IMG/VR virus record: IMGVR_UViG_3300011008_002687
Span: 32,001-96,000 of that record
Direction: 5' to 3' (one strand)
Length of the DNA stretch: 64,000 nt
Origin: a virus
Taxonomy: Duplodnaviria; Caudoviricetes
Part shown: piece by piece, positions 47,067-57,176 of the stretch
How positions within the stretch are numbered: position 1 is the stretch's first letter
Layout: every line of letters begins with the position of its first letter
Notes under the pieces: model-generated
Databases searched by the model: none
What the model saw: the letters and a program-made list of their open reading frames with translations, nothing else
Told to the model about the DNA's origin: nothing
Position numbers and translations under genes: made by a program

Positions 47067-48951
47067 CTTCTTTCCACCTTACAAAAATTTTGATGACCTT
47101 ACCATTGATCTTCCTGCATTTCACTTCAAAGTTCAGCCGTTTGTTCACCTGTTTACTGAACACAATGTTGGACATGGGTGTCAGGGCATTGTCTGCACAG
47201 AAGACCTGATAACGCTTGTACACTTCGGCTGTGGGCTGGTTTTCAATCATTTCCACACCCTGGTCTTCAATGAATGCAGCAATGGGATTGTTTTCTTCCT
47301 CATAGTCCCTGATTTCTTTTTCCACCTTTTCAGACTTGGTGAACTTATTGTGGGCAATGACACGCTTCAGGCCTTCAATGCCGATCCGGATCAGGTATTC
47401 CACTGATTCCTGTTCACACAGCCTGTACTTGATGAACGGATCATAGTCAGGATCCTGGTCACTGAAGGTTGCATTGAAGGGAATAATGACCAAGCGCCGA
47501 AGAACGGCACCTGTCTTGTCCTTCATCCTGGGGATGTCATTGGCAGAGAACAGCATCTTGATGTACGGATTAAATTCAAACGGTGTCAGGCCTTTGTATT
47601 CACCCTTGATCCGGTTGCCGGTGACAATCTTCTTGAATATGGCCACCTGACTGCCCTGAAGGAAGTCATCACCAATGTCATCACCAATGTTGGCCATCTT
47701 GCCAAACATCATGGCAGTGTTGAAACGGTCACCAAGTTCCTTCAGATCCAACGCTGATATGTTCTGTTCACCCAGTATGGCCTTGACCACTTCCAGGAAG
47801 GTTGACTTGCCGTTGGACTTATCCCCGGTCAGAATGAATGCCTTTCCAAGTTCATTCCTTCTGAAGAAACAGTATCCAATGCATTCTTCCAGCAGCGCAC
47901 GGATGGAAGCATCATCACAGGCCAGCTTGTTCAGCGTTTTATCTGCCAGTTCATTGACGGCATCCGGATTGTAGTTCCACGGTATTTTGTTGGTGATCAC
48001 GTATTCAGGATTGAACGGAAGCAAGTGATCATCAACAATGTCATATATGCCATTCTGGAAGGCAATGAATCTGGCATCTGCCGGTTGAAGCTGTTCTGCA
48101 ATCAGTTCCATGTAGTCCAGGACTTCACGGCGCTGTGTCTTCTTCAGGTTTGGGATCAGCTCTATCATGCTGTGTTCAATCTGCCTGTAGCCTGGTGCAT
48201 AGGTGCCATCCTGATAGATGTGCAGCTGGCCATTGATGTTCACCACGTGGTTATTGCTGACCATGTAATGGGCAAATCTATCAAACAGGAAGCTGGCACC
48301 AATGAAGAACACCGGCTTCTGAAACGCTTCATCCCTTAGAATGACTTCCAGTTCATCATCCGGCAGCGGTTCATGCAGCACAAAGCGATTCAGGATCCGG
48401 ATGCATTCCCGGCATTCGTCCACGCTGTAGTCACTGCCCTGAAGTGTCAGGATGTAGTTGAACAGTGCCTGATTCCTTCCGTCACCAGCTGACATGTCAA
48501 GAAAGTCTGCCGAAGATCTGACCGGTGTCAGCCATTTTGGAAGTTCCTGATATTCCACACCCGGTTCCACGTCCCATTCCACAAAACGGTCTTGACCGTC
48601 TATCCTGATGACTTCCGTGGACAGCTTGGATCCAACCTTGATGTCTGCCGTCAGGCCTATTCCAAGTGGCACGTGTGTCCGGTTCCTTGTTACCTGGTGG
48701 TTCTTGAACAGAAAGTGCTTTCCCCTGGTTGTGCAGATCACCTTGCAGTTCAGCTGCCGATCTTCCACGATCTTCATCAGAATTTCAGCCTGATCCCCAT
48801 CATCAATGTCAATCAGGATGACATCATCAGCCAGAACACCTGCATAGCCATTGCAGTCCTTCACTTCAGCAAGGGTTTTCCAGGTCTTCCTGTTCTTCAG
48901 TTGTTCAATGGGGCGCTTGCCCTTGGTTTCCACATAACCCTTGTAAAGCAC
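47047..48951 (-). CDS. Primase-helicase (prim-pol N-terminus, D5/P4-family SF3 helicase)
   Basis: LIDID, TTRGKHF, GRNQALF, Walker A GDKSNGKS, FSAN, RRLVIIPF. Confidence 0.9.
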   Translation of the reverse strand: MLYKGYVETKGKRPIEQLKNRKTWKTLAEVKDCNGYAGVLADDVILIDIDDGDQAEILMKIVEDRQLNCKVICTTRGKHFLFKNHQVTRNRTHVPLGIGLTADIKVGSKLSTEVIRIDGQDRFVEWDVEPGVEYQELPKWLTPVRSSADFLDMSAGDGRNQALFNYILTLQGSDYSVDECRECIRILNRFVLHEPLPDDELEVILRDEAFQKPVFFIGASFLFDRFAHYMVSNNHVVNINGQLHIYQDGTYAPGYRQIEHSMIELIPNLKKTQRREVLDYMELIAEQLQPADARFIAFQNGIYDIVDDHLLPFNPEYVITNKIPWNYNPDAVNELADKTLNKLACDDASIRALLEECIGYCFFRRNELGKAFILTGDKSNGKSTFLEVVKAILGEQNISALDLKELGDRFNTAMMFGKMANIGDDIGDDFLQGSQVAIFKKIVTGNRIKGEYKGLTPFEFNPYIKMLFSANDIPRMKDKTGAVLRRLVIIPFNATFSDQDPDYDPFIKYRLCEQESVEYLIRIGIEGLKRVIAHNKFTKSEKVEKEIRDYEEENNPIAAFIEDQGVEMIENQPTAEVYKRYQVFCADNALTPMSNIVFSKQVNKRLNFEVKCRKINGKVIKIFVRWKEDEKVVD

Positions 48952-48963
48952 ACTATCACCACC

Positions 48964-49470
48964 TTATCCCAGAAGACCGGAAACTTCCTGAAGGAATGCC
49001 TTGTCCTTATCCAGCTTGTCCAGGATCCGCTTATTGGCAGCCAGATCCTTCTTCAGTGATTTCCATTCTTCATCACGTTGTTTCACAATGTCATTCAGCT
49101 TTTCCCATGCCGGATTGACCTTGCCTTTACCTGCAAAACGCTTCACACGGTTCCTGTTCTGCCGGTCTGCATCCAGCATCTTTTCAGCCAGCCTGACCTT
49201 GCTTTCCAGACTGATCACCATGTTGCTGGTGTGCTTCTTTGTTTCTGTAAATTCTTCATTGAACTGTTCAATGAACTGCTGAACCTGCCCCATGATGATG
49301 TCCACGGATGGATTGATGCATTCCACTGTCCTGGTGATCTTCAGTAGCTTCTTCACCTTTCCCATTCCACGGCCTTCACCAAGCAGGAACTGGAACAACA
49401 CTATGGTCATTTCACCATGTGACCTGAAACTTCCATATGTGAAATGAATTGTCTGATCTTTCAATTCCAT
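48964..49470 (-). CDS. Hypothetical coiled-coil protein
   Basis: 168 aa ORF with RBS. Confidence 0.55.
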   Translation of the reverse strand: MELKDQTIHFTYGSFRSHGEMTIVLFQFLLGEGRGMGKVKKLLKITRTVECINPSVDIIMGQVQQFIEQFNEEFTETKKHTSNMVISLESKVRLAEKMLDADRQNRNRVKRFAGKGKVNPAWEKLNDIVKQRDEEWKSLKKDLAANKRILDKLDKDKAFLQEVSGLLG

Positions 49471-49486
49471 TGATGTCCTGTCCTTT

Positions 49487-51451
49487 CTATACGGTGATTC
49501 CGAAGGCCTTCAATCGTTCCTTTGCCTTCTGTATGTACCATTCCCTGTCCAGCTTGGCCGGAATGGTGGATGCTGTCATGTCGCTGTTGTCCACAAAGCA
49601 ATGATCAGGCGTGCCGCCAAACTTTTCAGGCTTCCCACGGCTGCCGCCGCATTTCATCAGCCTGCCATCTTCACGGATCCGGCTGGCAAACACCCTGTAG
49701 CACTTGAACTGATACCGTTCACTGGAAGGATAGGACAGCACTTCCGTTCTGGATCCGTCACGGTGATTGGTCACCTTCAGGACTGTTGGCACACCGGTTT
49801 CATGTTCCACGTGCTTATATTTTCCGGACAGCTTCACTATCTTCTGGAACATCAGAAGATCCGTGCATTCACTGATGGTCTTTTCCACCGGAACCTTCTT
49901 CACCATGAAGTCAACCACGGCCTTGTTCAGAATGGGAAGGTCATTGTCTATCCTGGACAATTCCTTCAGATAGGCACCGATCCTTTCCACACTGCCGTCC
50001 TGACCTATCCACAGATAGTTGTTCACGTCCTTCTGGAAGATCTCACTGATGTTATCCAAGGCCAGCAGGATTTCACATTTTTCAGTGCTGCACCGCTGTT
50101 CCCATTCCCAGCAGATGTCATCCACCATGTTAAAGGCTTCATCCGTGTCAGGCACCAGGATGATTAGGCCATCCGTGTTGGACTGGATCAGCTGGAATCC
50201 AGGAATCACTTCAAGGTGTTCAATCAGATCCAGCAGCATCAGCTGACCATTGATGCACATGGAATTGTTGTTCCTGGGATCAAAGGCCGGATTGGTCTTG
50301 TCCTTCATGGCACCTGACAGGGCATTCAGCATTTTCTTATACGGCAGTTGCTGCTTCTTGTAGTGCTTGGCCATTGCCTTGTCACCGGCAGCAGCCGCTT
50401 CCTGCTGTTTGACCTTCAGCGCCTTCCTGGTCTTATAGACCACGGTGTAATTGTCATTTGTGGCCGTCCTGGTGACCAGATCCCACGCAATCAGCATGGA
50501 AGGGTAGTAGTTGTTCACGTCAACATGTAGCAGCTGTCCCTTCACGTGAATGGGCTGATCAGGTGCACCGTGCAGGCCGCCAAAACCAAAGGTGTGTGGA
50601 ATGCCTGCCACAGTGGTTGTCAGTGATCTGGAATAGAAATACTTTGACCACCAGTACAGATCCTTCACGTCATATTTATGCCGTTCTGAAGGCTTGGTCT
50701 TCGGATCATTGAACAGCTGCTGCATTTCCCGTGAACAGTCAATGATTGCATTCCTGAACCAGTCCTGCACATACTTGTATTTCTTCAGCCGAAGACAGGG
50801 AAGGAAGGTATATGCAAATTCATCATCCCATGCCGTCTTTACGCATCCAAGCACCTTGGAAGTGATTCTGGCTTCCGTGTCACCAATGTCCCTGATGCTG
50901 ACCTGATGGGGGAATGCCTTCACAATGCCATACATGGCATTGAACTGGTCAATCTGTTCCATGAATACCTTGATGGTTTCATGAACGTCATGGCGGCAAT
51001 AGAAGACAGTCCGTTCAATCTCTGCCGGTGTCAGCTTCCTGTCAATGTCAAAGGGAACTTCCGTTTCCTGAATGTCTGATCCCATGAAACCTTCCAGCGT
51101 CTTCAGACCAACAGTTGCCATTTCTTCATTGTTGGAAGGCATCACATCATAGTTGATCATCTGGATTTTGTTAAATGCACTGCTGATCTGCCAGCCTTCT
51201 TCATGGTTGATGATGATCCGGTCATTGATGTCCTTCGGATCCATGCCAAGCATGATGCCCTTCATGATGTACTGGTCATAATGCTTATTGTTATATCCAC
51301 CCCAGATGTCCTTGCAGTTGGCTTCATACAGGATCTTCAGTGCTTCCGGATCATTGATGATCACATGTTCTTTTCTGGCGGTCATGTCCACAAACACTGC
51401 CAGCCAGTCATACTTGAAGACCTCAAAGTCATAGAAGATCATGCCGTTCAC
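49487..51451 (-). CDS. DNA polymerase, family B-like
   Basis: Exonuclease YDFEV, GYNNKHYD, YCRHDV; polymerase DVNNYYPS, KKMLNALSG, NTDG. Confidence 0.85.
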   Translation of the reverse strand: MNGMIFYDFEVFKYDWLAVFVDMTARKEHVIINDPEALKILYEANCKDIWGGYNNKHYDQYIMKGIMLGMDPKDINDRIIINHEEGWQISSAFNKIQMINYDVMPSNNEEMATVGLKTLEGFMGSDIQETEVPFDIDRKLTPAEIERTVFYCRHDVHETIKVFMEQIDQFNAMYGIVKAFPHQVSIRDIGDTEARITSKVLGCVKTAWDDEFAYTFLPCLRLKKYKYVQDWFRNAIIDCSREMQQLFNDPKTKPSERHKYDVKDLYWWSKYFYSRSLTTTVAGIPHTFGFGGLHGAPDQPIHVKGQLLHVDVNNYYPSMLIAWDLVTRTATNDNYTVVYKTRKALKVKQQEAAAAGDKAMAKHYKKQQLPYKKMLNALSGAMKDKTNPAFDPRNNNSMCINGQLMLLDLIEHLEVIPGFQLIQSNTDGLIILVPDTDEAFNMVDDICWEWEQRCSTEKCEILLALDNISEIFQKDVNNYLWIGQDGSVERIGAYLKELSRIDNDLPILNKAVVDFMVKKVPVEKTISECTDLLMFQKIVKLSGKYKHVEHETGVPTVLKVTNHRDGSRTEVLSYPSSERYQFKCYRVFASRIREDGRLMKCGGSRGKPEKFGGTPDHCFVDNSDMTASTIPAKLDREWYIQKAKERLKAFGITV

Positions 51452-51509
51452 CGCCTTTCTGCATCAGATGCAGGTGTCAGTTTTCACCGACACCTGCACC
51501 GCTTATAGT

Positions 51510-51983
51510 TTAGATGTCAAACGCTTCATTGATGGTGATGGGATTGAAGTCATCAGCCTTATAGGTGACATCCAGTTCCACCGTGCCTTGAACTTCCTGG
51601 AAGATGTCCAGAACCTGTTCAGCAAAGTCTGAATAGTTCACAAAGACCAGATCATCAATGCCCATCTTGCTGATCCAGGTGATGACGGACTTGATTGCAC
51701 GGCCATCATTCCAGTTTTCACTGGTCTTGTTGCCGCTGATCACACGGTTGAAGAAGATCTTTCTGCCCTTCTGGGTGCAGGTGCTGCCGTCACTGTTTTC
51801 CTTGATGGACAGCTGTGCAGAAAACATCAGCTTGTCCTTGGCCTTGGTCAGCTTCACTTCCATCCGGTCAATGCCAACGATATAGTCACCGTTGGGTACG
51901 TCTGCAAATTCTTTTGCGTTCTTCACGTCTTCCTGAAGATTGGGATCCATCATTGCATCAAAAGCACTGAAATCAACTGCCAT
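51510..51983 (-). CDS. ssDNA-binding protein (DUF669-like)
   Basis: VPNGDY.V.I..ME, GRKIF.N; follows Sak4-like ATPase. Confidence 0.6.
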   Translation of the reverse strand: MAVDFSAFDAMMDPNLQEDVKNAKEFADVPNGDYIVGIDRMEVKLTKAKDKLMFSAQLSIKENSDGSTCTQKGRKIFFNRVISGNKTSENWNDGRAIKSVITWISKMGIDDLVFVNYSDFAEQVLDIFQEVQGTVELDVTYKADDFNPITINEAFDI

Positions 51984-52013
51984 TTTTATATACCTCACTT
52001 TCTTTGTTGTCCC

Positions 52014-53177
52014 TTAGAAGGGAATGTCTTCATCATCAAGGGCTTCAGCATTGGCTGCCGCCTGTGTACGGGATCTTCTGGTTCTTCTCTGTCTGCCGGA
52101 TGTAGCAGGTGCCGGTTCCGGATCAGCAGGGGGATTCATGGCACCGGCCAGCTGATCTTCAGCTTCCAGCGCCTTCATTTCTTCAGCAGTGGCACCAACA
52201 ATGGTTCCGGTGCCGGTGTCCACGCTGGCAACTTCGGCCTTACGTTCCTTCCTGGTTCTTCTGGGAACCTTTTCAAGTTCCGGTGCAGGAACCGTGGCAG
52301 CAGCTGCCGCTGCTTCTTCAAAAGGAATTTCTTCACGGCCATCAGCAATGGCATCCACGGCAGCCTGCTGTGCATCCATATAGGCGGCAACTTTTTCCTG
52401 ATTGGACTTAACCACTTCATCATGGGTTTTCGGCTGTTCACCAGTGGATGCATTCTTTCCAGTTCTTGCCCTTCTGCCAGATCCGTCAGGCTTCTGGATG
52501 TCAGCGGCAACAGCAGCATCAGCGGCAGCCATTTCAGCATCAGACACGGCACCGTCCAGTTCATAGTAGTTTCTGATCTTGTCCACCACATAGGCCAGAT
52601 CATTGTCAATGGCATAGGTGGGGAACATGCCCATGGGGGACTTCACCGTGTCCTTGCCGCTGTTCTGGGTGTAGAAGTAGTATTTTGCTTCATAGCAGCC
52701 AGTCCGAAGAACGATAGTGAACAGGCCTTCAATGGTGATCTTCTCACGAAGCATCTTTCCGATCAGCTTCACGGTGGTCAGGCCGGTGTCCAGGGTTTCC
52801 AGGTGTGTCATGTACACCACAATCACGTCATCCGGAAGTTCCTTGCAGACTTCAATGATGTCATAGTAATTAGCACCAAAATCATTCCACTTGTCCCAGC
52901 CGGATTCCTTGATCCTGTTCATATAGGGGACTGCCAGCATATACTGGAAGTCATCCACCACAATCAGCTTCTTTCCGGCTGCTGCCTGTTCCTTCATCCA
53001 TCTGGTGATCTTCCTGGCATCCGTCACGCTGTTCAGCATTTCAAACTTGCCGGATCCCTTGAAGGGAAGGGGCTTGCCAACAGGATTGACCACAGCGGTT
53101 GTGGCCGGATCACAGTTCCGAAGGGAAGCGGATTTTCCGGTGCCGCTTTCACCCATGATCAAAACTTTCTGTGCCAT
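52014..53177 (-). CDS. Sak4-like AAA ATPase/recombinase
   Basis: GESGTGKS, VVDDFQY, KSPMGMF. Confidence 0.8.
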   Translation of the reverse strand: MAQKVLIMGESGTGKSASLRNCDPATTAVVNPVGKPLPFKGSGKFEMLNSVTDARKITRWMKEQAAAGKKLIVVDDFQYMLAVPYMNRIKESGWDKWNDFGANYYDIIEVCKELPDDVIVVYMTHLETLDTGLTTVKLIGKMLREKITIEGLFTIVLRTGCYEAKYYFYTQNSGKDTVKSPMGMFPTYAIDNDLAYVVDKIRNYYELDGAVSDAEMAAADAAVAADIQKPDGSGRRARTGKNASTGEQPKTHDEVVKSNQEKVAAYMDAQQAAVDAIADGREEIPFEEAAAAAATVPAPELEKVPRRTRKERKAEVASVDTGTGTIVGATAEEMKALEAEDQLAGAMNPPADPEPAPATSGRQRRTRRSRTQAAANAEALDDEDIPF

Positions 53178-53195
53178 TCTTTTATCCTCTCTTTC

Positions 53196-53999
53196 TTAAT
53201 CTTCAATGTCATTTGCAGTGCCTTCCTGAACGTGTGATGCCCACATGTCAGCCCAGTGAATGATCATCAACAGCTGGGTTTCATGTCCAGGAATGACAGC
53301 CCTGTTTGACGGTTCATACATGCCATCATGAAAGCAGATAGCATATTCTTCATCTTCGGTCAGTTCAAACCACCTATTGGCAATGATTGCTGACCGGATG
53401 CCGTGTGGAATGTTGGTCAGATCCGTGTTCCGCTTGTACGGCTTCTTTTCTGACTGTTTGTAGTGCTGAATGGGATCTGCCTTGGTAGGCCGTCCATCCT
53501 GCACCATGTTGGGAACATAGAACTGTTTCCCATAGTCGCCAACCTTACCAAGGTCATGCAGAATGGCTGCAATGATCACGCTGTTCTGGATCAGGTTGTA
53601 TCCGGCACCGCCAAGCAGGGCAACACCGATTTTTTCAGCATTGTGCATGACATTCAGCGTGTGTTCAGCCAGTCCACCAGGCTGATTGCTGTGGTATCCA
53701 CCGGATGCCGGTGCACGGAAGAATCCGTCATCATCCATTTCTTCAATCAGAATGTCAATTCTGTCCCTGCCGGTCTTCTTCAGCAGGTCAACAATCATCT
53801 GACGGTTGTCCTGGATCTTCTTTTCAGCTTCAGCCTTTTTCTTTTCTTCCAGATTGGCAAGGTATTCTTCTGTGATTGCCCTGCCGTCCTTCTTTTCCGG
53901 TTCCGGCTGCTGTTCAACAGGTTCAACCTGCTGAACGTCCACCGTCATTGTGCCTTCTGCTACAGGCACGGCTTCTTTTTTCTTTGCCATGTTCTTCAT
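53196..53999 (-). CDS. HD-domain phosphohydrolase
   Basis: APAS..YH...GGLAEH, LHDLGK, HDG, HWAD. Confidence 0.88.
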   Translation of the reverse strand: MKNMAKKKEAVPVAEGTMTVDVQQVEPVEQQPEPEKKDGRAITEEYLANLEEKKKAEAEKKIQDNRQMIVDLLKKTGRDRIDILIEEMDDDGFFRAPASGGYHSNQPGGLAEHTLNVMHNAEKIGVALLGGAGYNLIQNSVIIAAILHDLGKVGDYGKQFYVPNMVQDGRPTKADPIQHYKQSEKKPYKRNTDLTNIPHGIRSAIIANRWFELTEDEEYAICFHDGMYEPSNRAVIPGHETQLLMIIHWADMWASHVQEGTANDIED

Positions 54000-54010
54000 T
54001 CCTTTCTTGG

Positions 54011-54415
54011 TTATCCTTTATTCCAACCATTTTCCAGACCGGCCTGTCTGACCAGATCAGGGAAATGGTTTGGTACTGATTTGATTGACAGTATCAGCCT
54101 TTTGAAATTCTCAAAATCATGTGGGAAGACAACCACCGCAATGCACCCGGACTTGTCCACCTGATTCAGCTTCTGCTTCTGAAGGTCTGAAGGCCTTCCG
54201 GTTTCAGACTTCAGTTCAGCTTCAATGCTGATACCGTTCACTACAATGTGCATGTCAGGCATTCCTGACTTGATGTACTTGCCACCACCCCAGCGCTTTT
54301 CCCAGTAACCGCACGGGGGAACCGTGATTTTCTGCTGTTCTTCTCCAAGCGGATAGATCCCTTCAGACACCAGCCAGTTCTTCAGACGGGTTTCAAACTG
54401 CTTTTCTGCTGCCAT
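54011..54415 (-). CDS. VRR-NUC-like PD-(D/E)xK nuclease
   Basis: GMPD...EAELK...GRPSDLQ. Confidence 0.8.
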   Translation of the reverse strand: MAAEKQFETRLKNWLVSEGIYPLGEEQQKITVPPCGYWEKRWGGGKYIKSGMPDMHIVVNGISIEAELKSETGRPSDLQKQKLNQVDKSGCIAVVVFPHDFENFKRLILSIKSVPNHFPDLVRQAGLENGWNKG

Positions 54416-54767
54416 AGCGCTTCACCGTCTTCTTTTTCCTGCACAGACCTGTGTCATATGCATGTTGCGTGTTCTCTGACATGGTGCACCATTCCAGCTG
54501 GGATGCACGGCAGTCATGCTTCTTGCCATGCTTATGGTTCACAATGGTCTTGTTTTCCGGATCATCATTGACCACAAAGGCCATGGCCACCAGAATATGC
54601 ACACGGCAGTTGTCCCTGTCCAGTTTCACACGCAGGTATCCGGATCCGTCATCATATGGCTTCAGCGGTTTGCCTGTTTTGGCATTCCTGACGTTTCCCA
54701 TGTTGCTGACTTCATATCCAGGATGATTTTCAATCACCTTCCACGATTCACGCATTTTCTTCACCAC
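54393..54767 (-). CDS. NUMOD4-HNH homing endonuclease
   Basis: YEVSNMGNVR, GYLRV, VHILVAMAF, VNH...LEWCT..EN..HA. Confidence 0.85.
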   Translation of the reverse strand: MVKKMRESWKVIENHPGYEVSNMGNVRNAKTGKPLKPYDDGSGYLRVKLDRDNCRVHILVAMAFVVNDDPENKTIVNHKHGKKHDCRASQLEWCTMSENTQHAYDTGLCRKKKTVKRYGSRKAV

Positions 54768-55488
54768 CTTCCTTCATCATTTCAATGATCTGCCGCTGAT
54801 GATACAGCACGTTTTCCACATAACTGGTGGAATAAATATCTTGTTTCCACAGCCTTCCGGCACCGCTTTCACCCATGTTGTAGGCCATCAGCACCATGGA
54901 CGGATCCTGGTACTTTTCAAACAGCTTCCGAAGGATGAAGGTGCCTGCACGGATGTTCTGATAGGGATCCAGAAAGTCAGTCACACCAATGGTCTGTGTC
55001 AGCCATTCATGATTGCACTTGTTGATCTGCATCAGGCCATAGTCATTGGATCCGCTGATCACGTCAGTTCTGAACGTGCTTTCCTGCCATATCATTCCCA
55101 TGACCAGGCTGAAGTCCAGATTGTATCCTTTGCATAACCACCAGATGAACTGCTGAATGTCAGGATCAAGGTCAACCGGAAGGACAGTGAATTCAGGATC
55201 ATTGGCTTCCCAGTCCATTGACACTTCATGGGTGAAGATCCGGTCATCATATGCACCGAAGACTTCCCATTCAGTAGCCGCTGACGTGGCTTCTGGTGAA
55301 GGTTCCGTTGCAGGTGGTACATTTTCCTGTCCTTCGACAGAAACCTTGTCAGATGGGCTTATATGACCTGTCACGGCATACGTGACGGCACTTCCGGCAA
55401 CTGCTGAAGCCAGCATCAGCATTGCAATGAAGATGATGAAGCGTCTGTTCAGCCGGTATGCCTTTCTGTTCCTTTCGTATGTACTCAT
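54748..55488 (-). CDS. Membrane-anchored SLT lytic transglycosylase
   Basis: N-terminal TM; ES..., GLMQIN, NIRAG, AYNMG motifs. Confidence 0.85.
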   Translation of the reverse strand: MSTYERNRKAYRLNRRFIIFIAMLMLASAVAGSAVTYAVTGHISPSDKVSVEGQENVPPATEPSPEATSAATEWEVFGAYDDRIFTHEVSMDWEANDPEFTVLPVDLDPDIQQFIWWLCKGYNLDFSLVMGMIWQESTFRTDVISGSNDYGLMQINKCNHEWLTQTIGVTDFLDPYQNIRAGTFILRKLFEKYQDPSMVLMAYNMGESGAGRLWKQDIYSTSYVENVLYHQRQIIEMMKEGGEENA

Positions 55489-55624
55489 TTCTTTTTCCTC
55501 TTTTCTATCCAAGCCCGGATGATTCCATATGGGTAGTGTGTCCAGGCTATTGCCAGCATGATGATCCCTGAACCGGCCAGGAAGATCACCACCAAGATTC
55601 CCAGAATGATCAGCATTGTCTTCA

Positions 55625-55840
55625 TCACCTGTACCTGTACCTGTCTTTCGCAACTACATAGATGCCACCAGGAAGAAACATGACCATTCCCGGAATCATG
55701 GACTTCACCAGGTCTTCAAACGGCTGATACTGACCAATTTCCGTCAAGTAGTCAGATGTTCCGACAGCACCCAGCATCAGGATGAAGCCAATGAAGGCCA
55801 GAATGCCAAGCACCGTTTCAAGGATTTTCAAACAATTCAT
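55625..55840 (-). CDS. Small membrane protein
   Basis: Two hydrophobic segments. Confidence 0.5.
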   Translation of the reverse strand: MNCLKILETVLGILAFIGFILMLGAVGTSDYLTEIGQYQPFEDLVKSMIPGMVMFLPGGIYVVAKDRYRYR

Positions 55841-57176
55841 CTGTCAGTTCCTTTCCAACCTTCAGCATCTGAAGGTTTCTTTCCTCTATGGATCCAGACA
55901 CCAGCAGATAGTAGTAAAAGCACGTTCTGTCCTGACCTATCCGGTGGATCCGTTTCTTTGACTGTTCCCACAGGTCACAGCTGCCTTTTCCAAGCGGAAG
56001 GGTGAAGTATATGATCCTGTTGGCCTTCTGGAAGTTGCCGCCCATGGCACCAGCCTGGTACTGAATGAAGGTGATGGAATCGCTGCATTTCTCATAGGCC
56101 ATCAGATCCTTTGTGGATCCATTCAGCACTGAATACGGTCTTTCCAGTTCATTCAGATGGTTCTTCATCTGCCGCAATTCCTCATTGAAATTGTAGAAGA
56201 TGATGATCCGGTCTTCCGTGGACTGTACCAAGTCCCGAAGGGCTTGCAGCTTTTCCTTGTGATACTGACCACACAGCTGTCTGGCATGAAGGATCTTTGT
56301 CAGTTGGTTGTCACCAATCAGTTCAATGCAGTCACCTTCATTGGTTCCATAGAAATCAGAATCCAGTTGAAATTCATTCAGACTTGCCTTGCTGATCTGC
56401 ACGTATCCGGTTTTCATAAACTGGACATAGGTCTTGGTCTTTCTGACCTTGACCACTTGTTCAATCTGTTCAGGCAAGTTCATCACTTCTGAAGTCTTCA
56501 TGAACACTGCACCGTACTGTGCCAGCCGTTTCTTCAGGTGTGGCACGTTTTTATAACCGGTGATGACTTCCTGCATGAATCCGTCACTGTTTTCCACCCA
56601 TTCCGTGTCAACATAGGATTTCCAGAAGGCCTGTTTGGTGATGTTCCATCCAAGCAACTTCAGCTGTGACCACAGCTTTTCATATTTTCCTGCCGTTGGT
56701 GTTCCGGACAGAAGGATCACTGCTGCCGGATCCAGCTTCAGGATGAACTTTGACCTTTTGGCATTCTCATTGCTGATCAGGGAAGATTCATCCAGCATCA
56801 GGGTGAAGCCGTGCATCTTCAGGTAGGCTGACCGTCTGAAGATCAGGTCATAGTTGATGATGCCAACAATCATGTCATCATCCTTGATGCCTGCCTGCTG
56901 AAGATTCTTGAAGTTGATGGAAGAAGTCTTCTTTGTCAGGTCAAACACCCTGATGTCCGGATAGTAGGTCTGAAAGTGCTGGATCCAGTCATCAATCTTG
57001 GATTTCTGACAGACCACAATGTTCACAGGCCTGTTCAGTTCCCACATCTTTTCAGATCCAACAAAGGTCTTGCCAAGTCCCATGTCCAGATAGTAGGCCA
57101 CTCGGATAAAGTCTTCAGTGATTTCAAGCACCTTGTTTTGGTGGGGCATCAGTACCAGATCAGGCATTGATGTCAA
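55818..57176 (-). CDS. SNF2-like SF2 helicase
   Basis: DMGLGKT, LDES, LSGTP, QSKKRIHRIGQ. Confidence 0.9.
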   Translation of the reverse strand: MTSMPDLVLMPHQNKVLEITEDFIRVAYYLDMGLGKTFVGSEKMWELNRPVNIVVCQKSKIDDWIQHFQTYYPDIRVFDLTKKTSSINFKNLQQAGIKDDDMIVGIINYDLIFRRSAYLKMHGFTLMLDESSLISNENAKRSKFILKLDPAAVILLSGTPTAGKYEKLWSQLKLLGWNITKQAFWKSYVDTEWVENSDGFMQEVITGYKNVPHLKKRLAQYGAVFMKTSEVMNLPEQIEQVVKVRKTKTYVQFMKTGYVQISKASLNEFQLDSDFYGTNEGDCIELIGDNQLTKILHARQLCGQYHKEKLQALRDLVQSTEDRIIIFYNFNEELRQMKNHLNELERPYSVLNGSTKDLMAYEKCSDSITFIQYQAGAMGGNFQKANRIIYFTLPLGKGSCDLWEQSKKRIHRIGQDRTCFYYYLLVSGSIEERNLQMLKVGKELTDELFENP

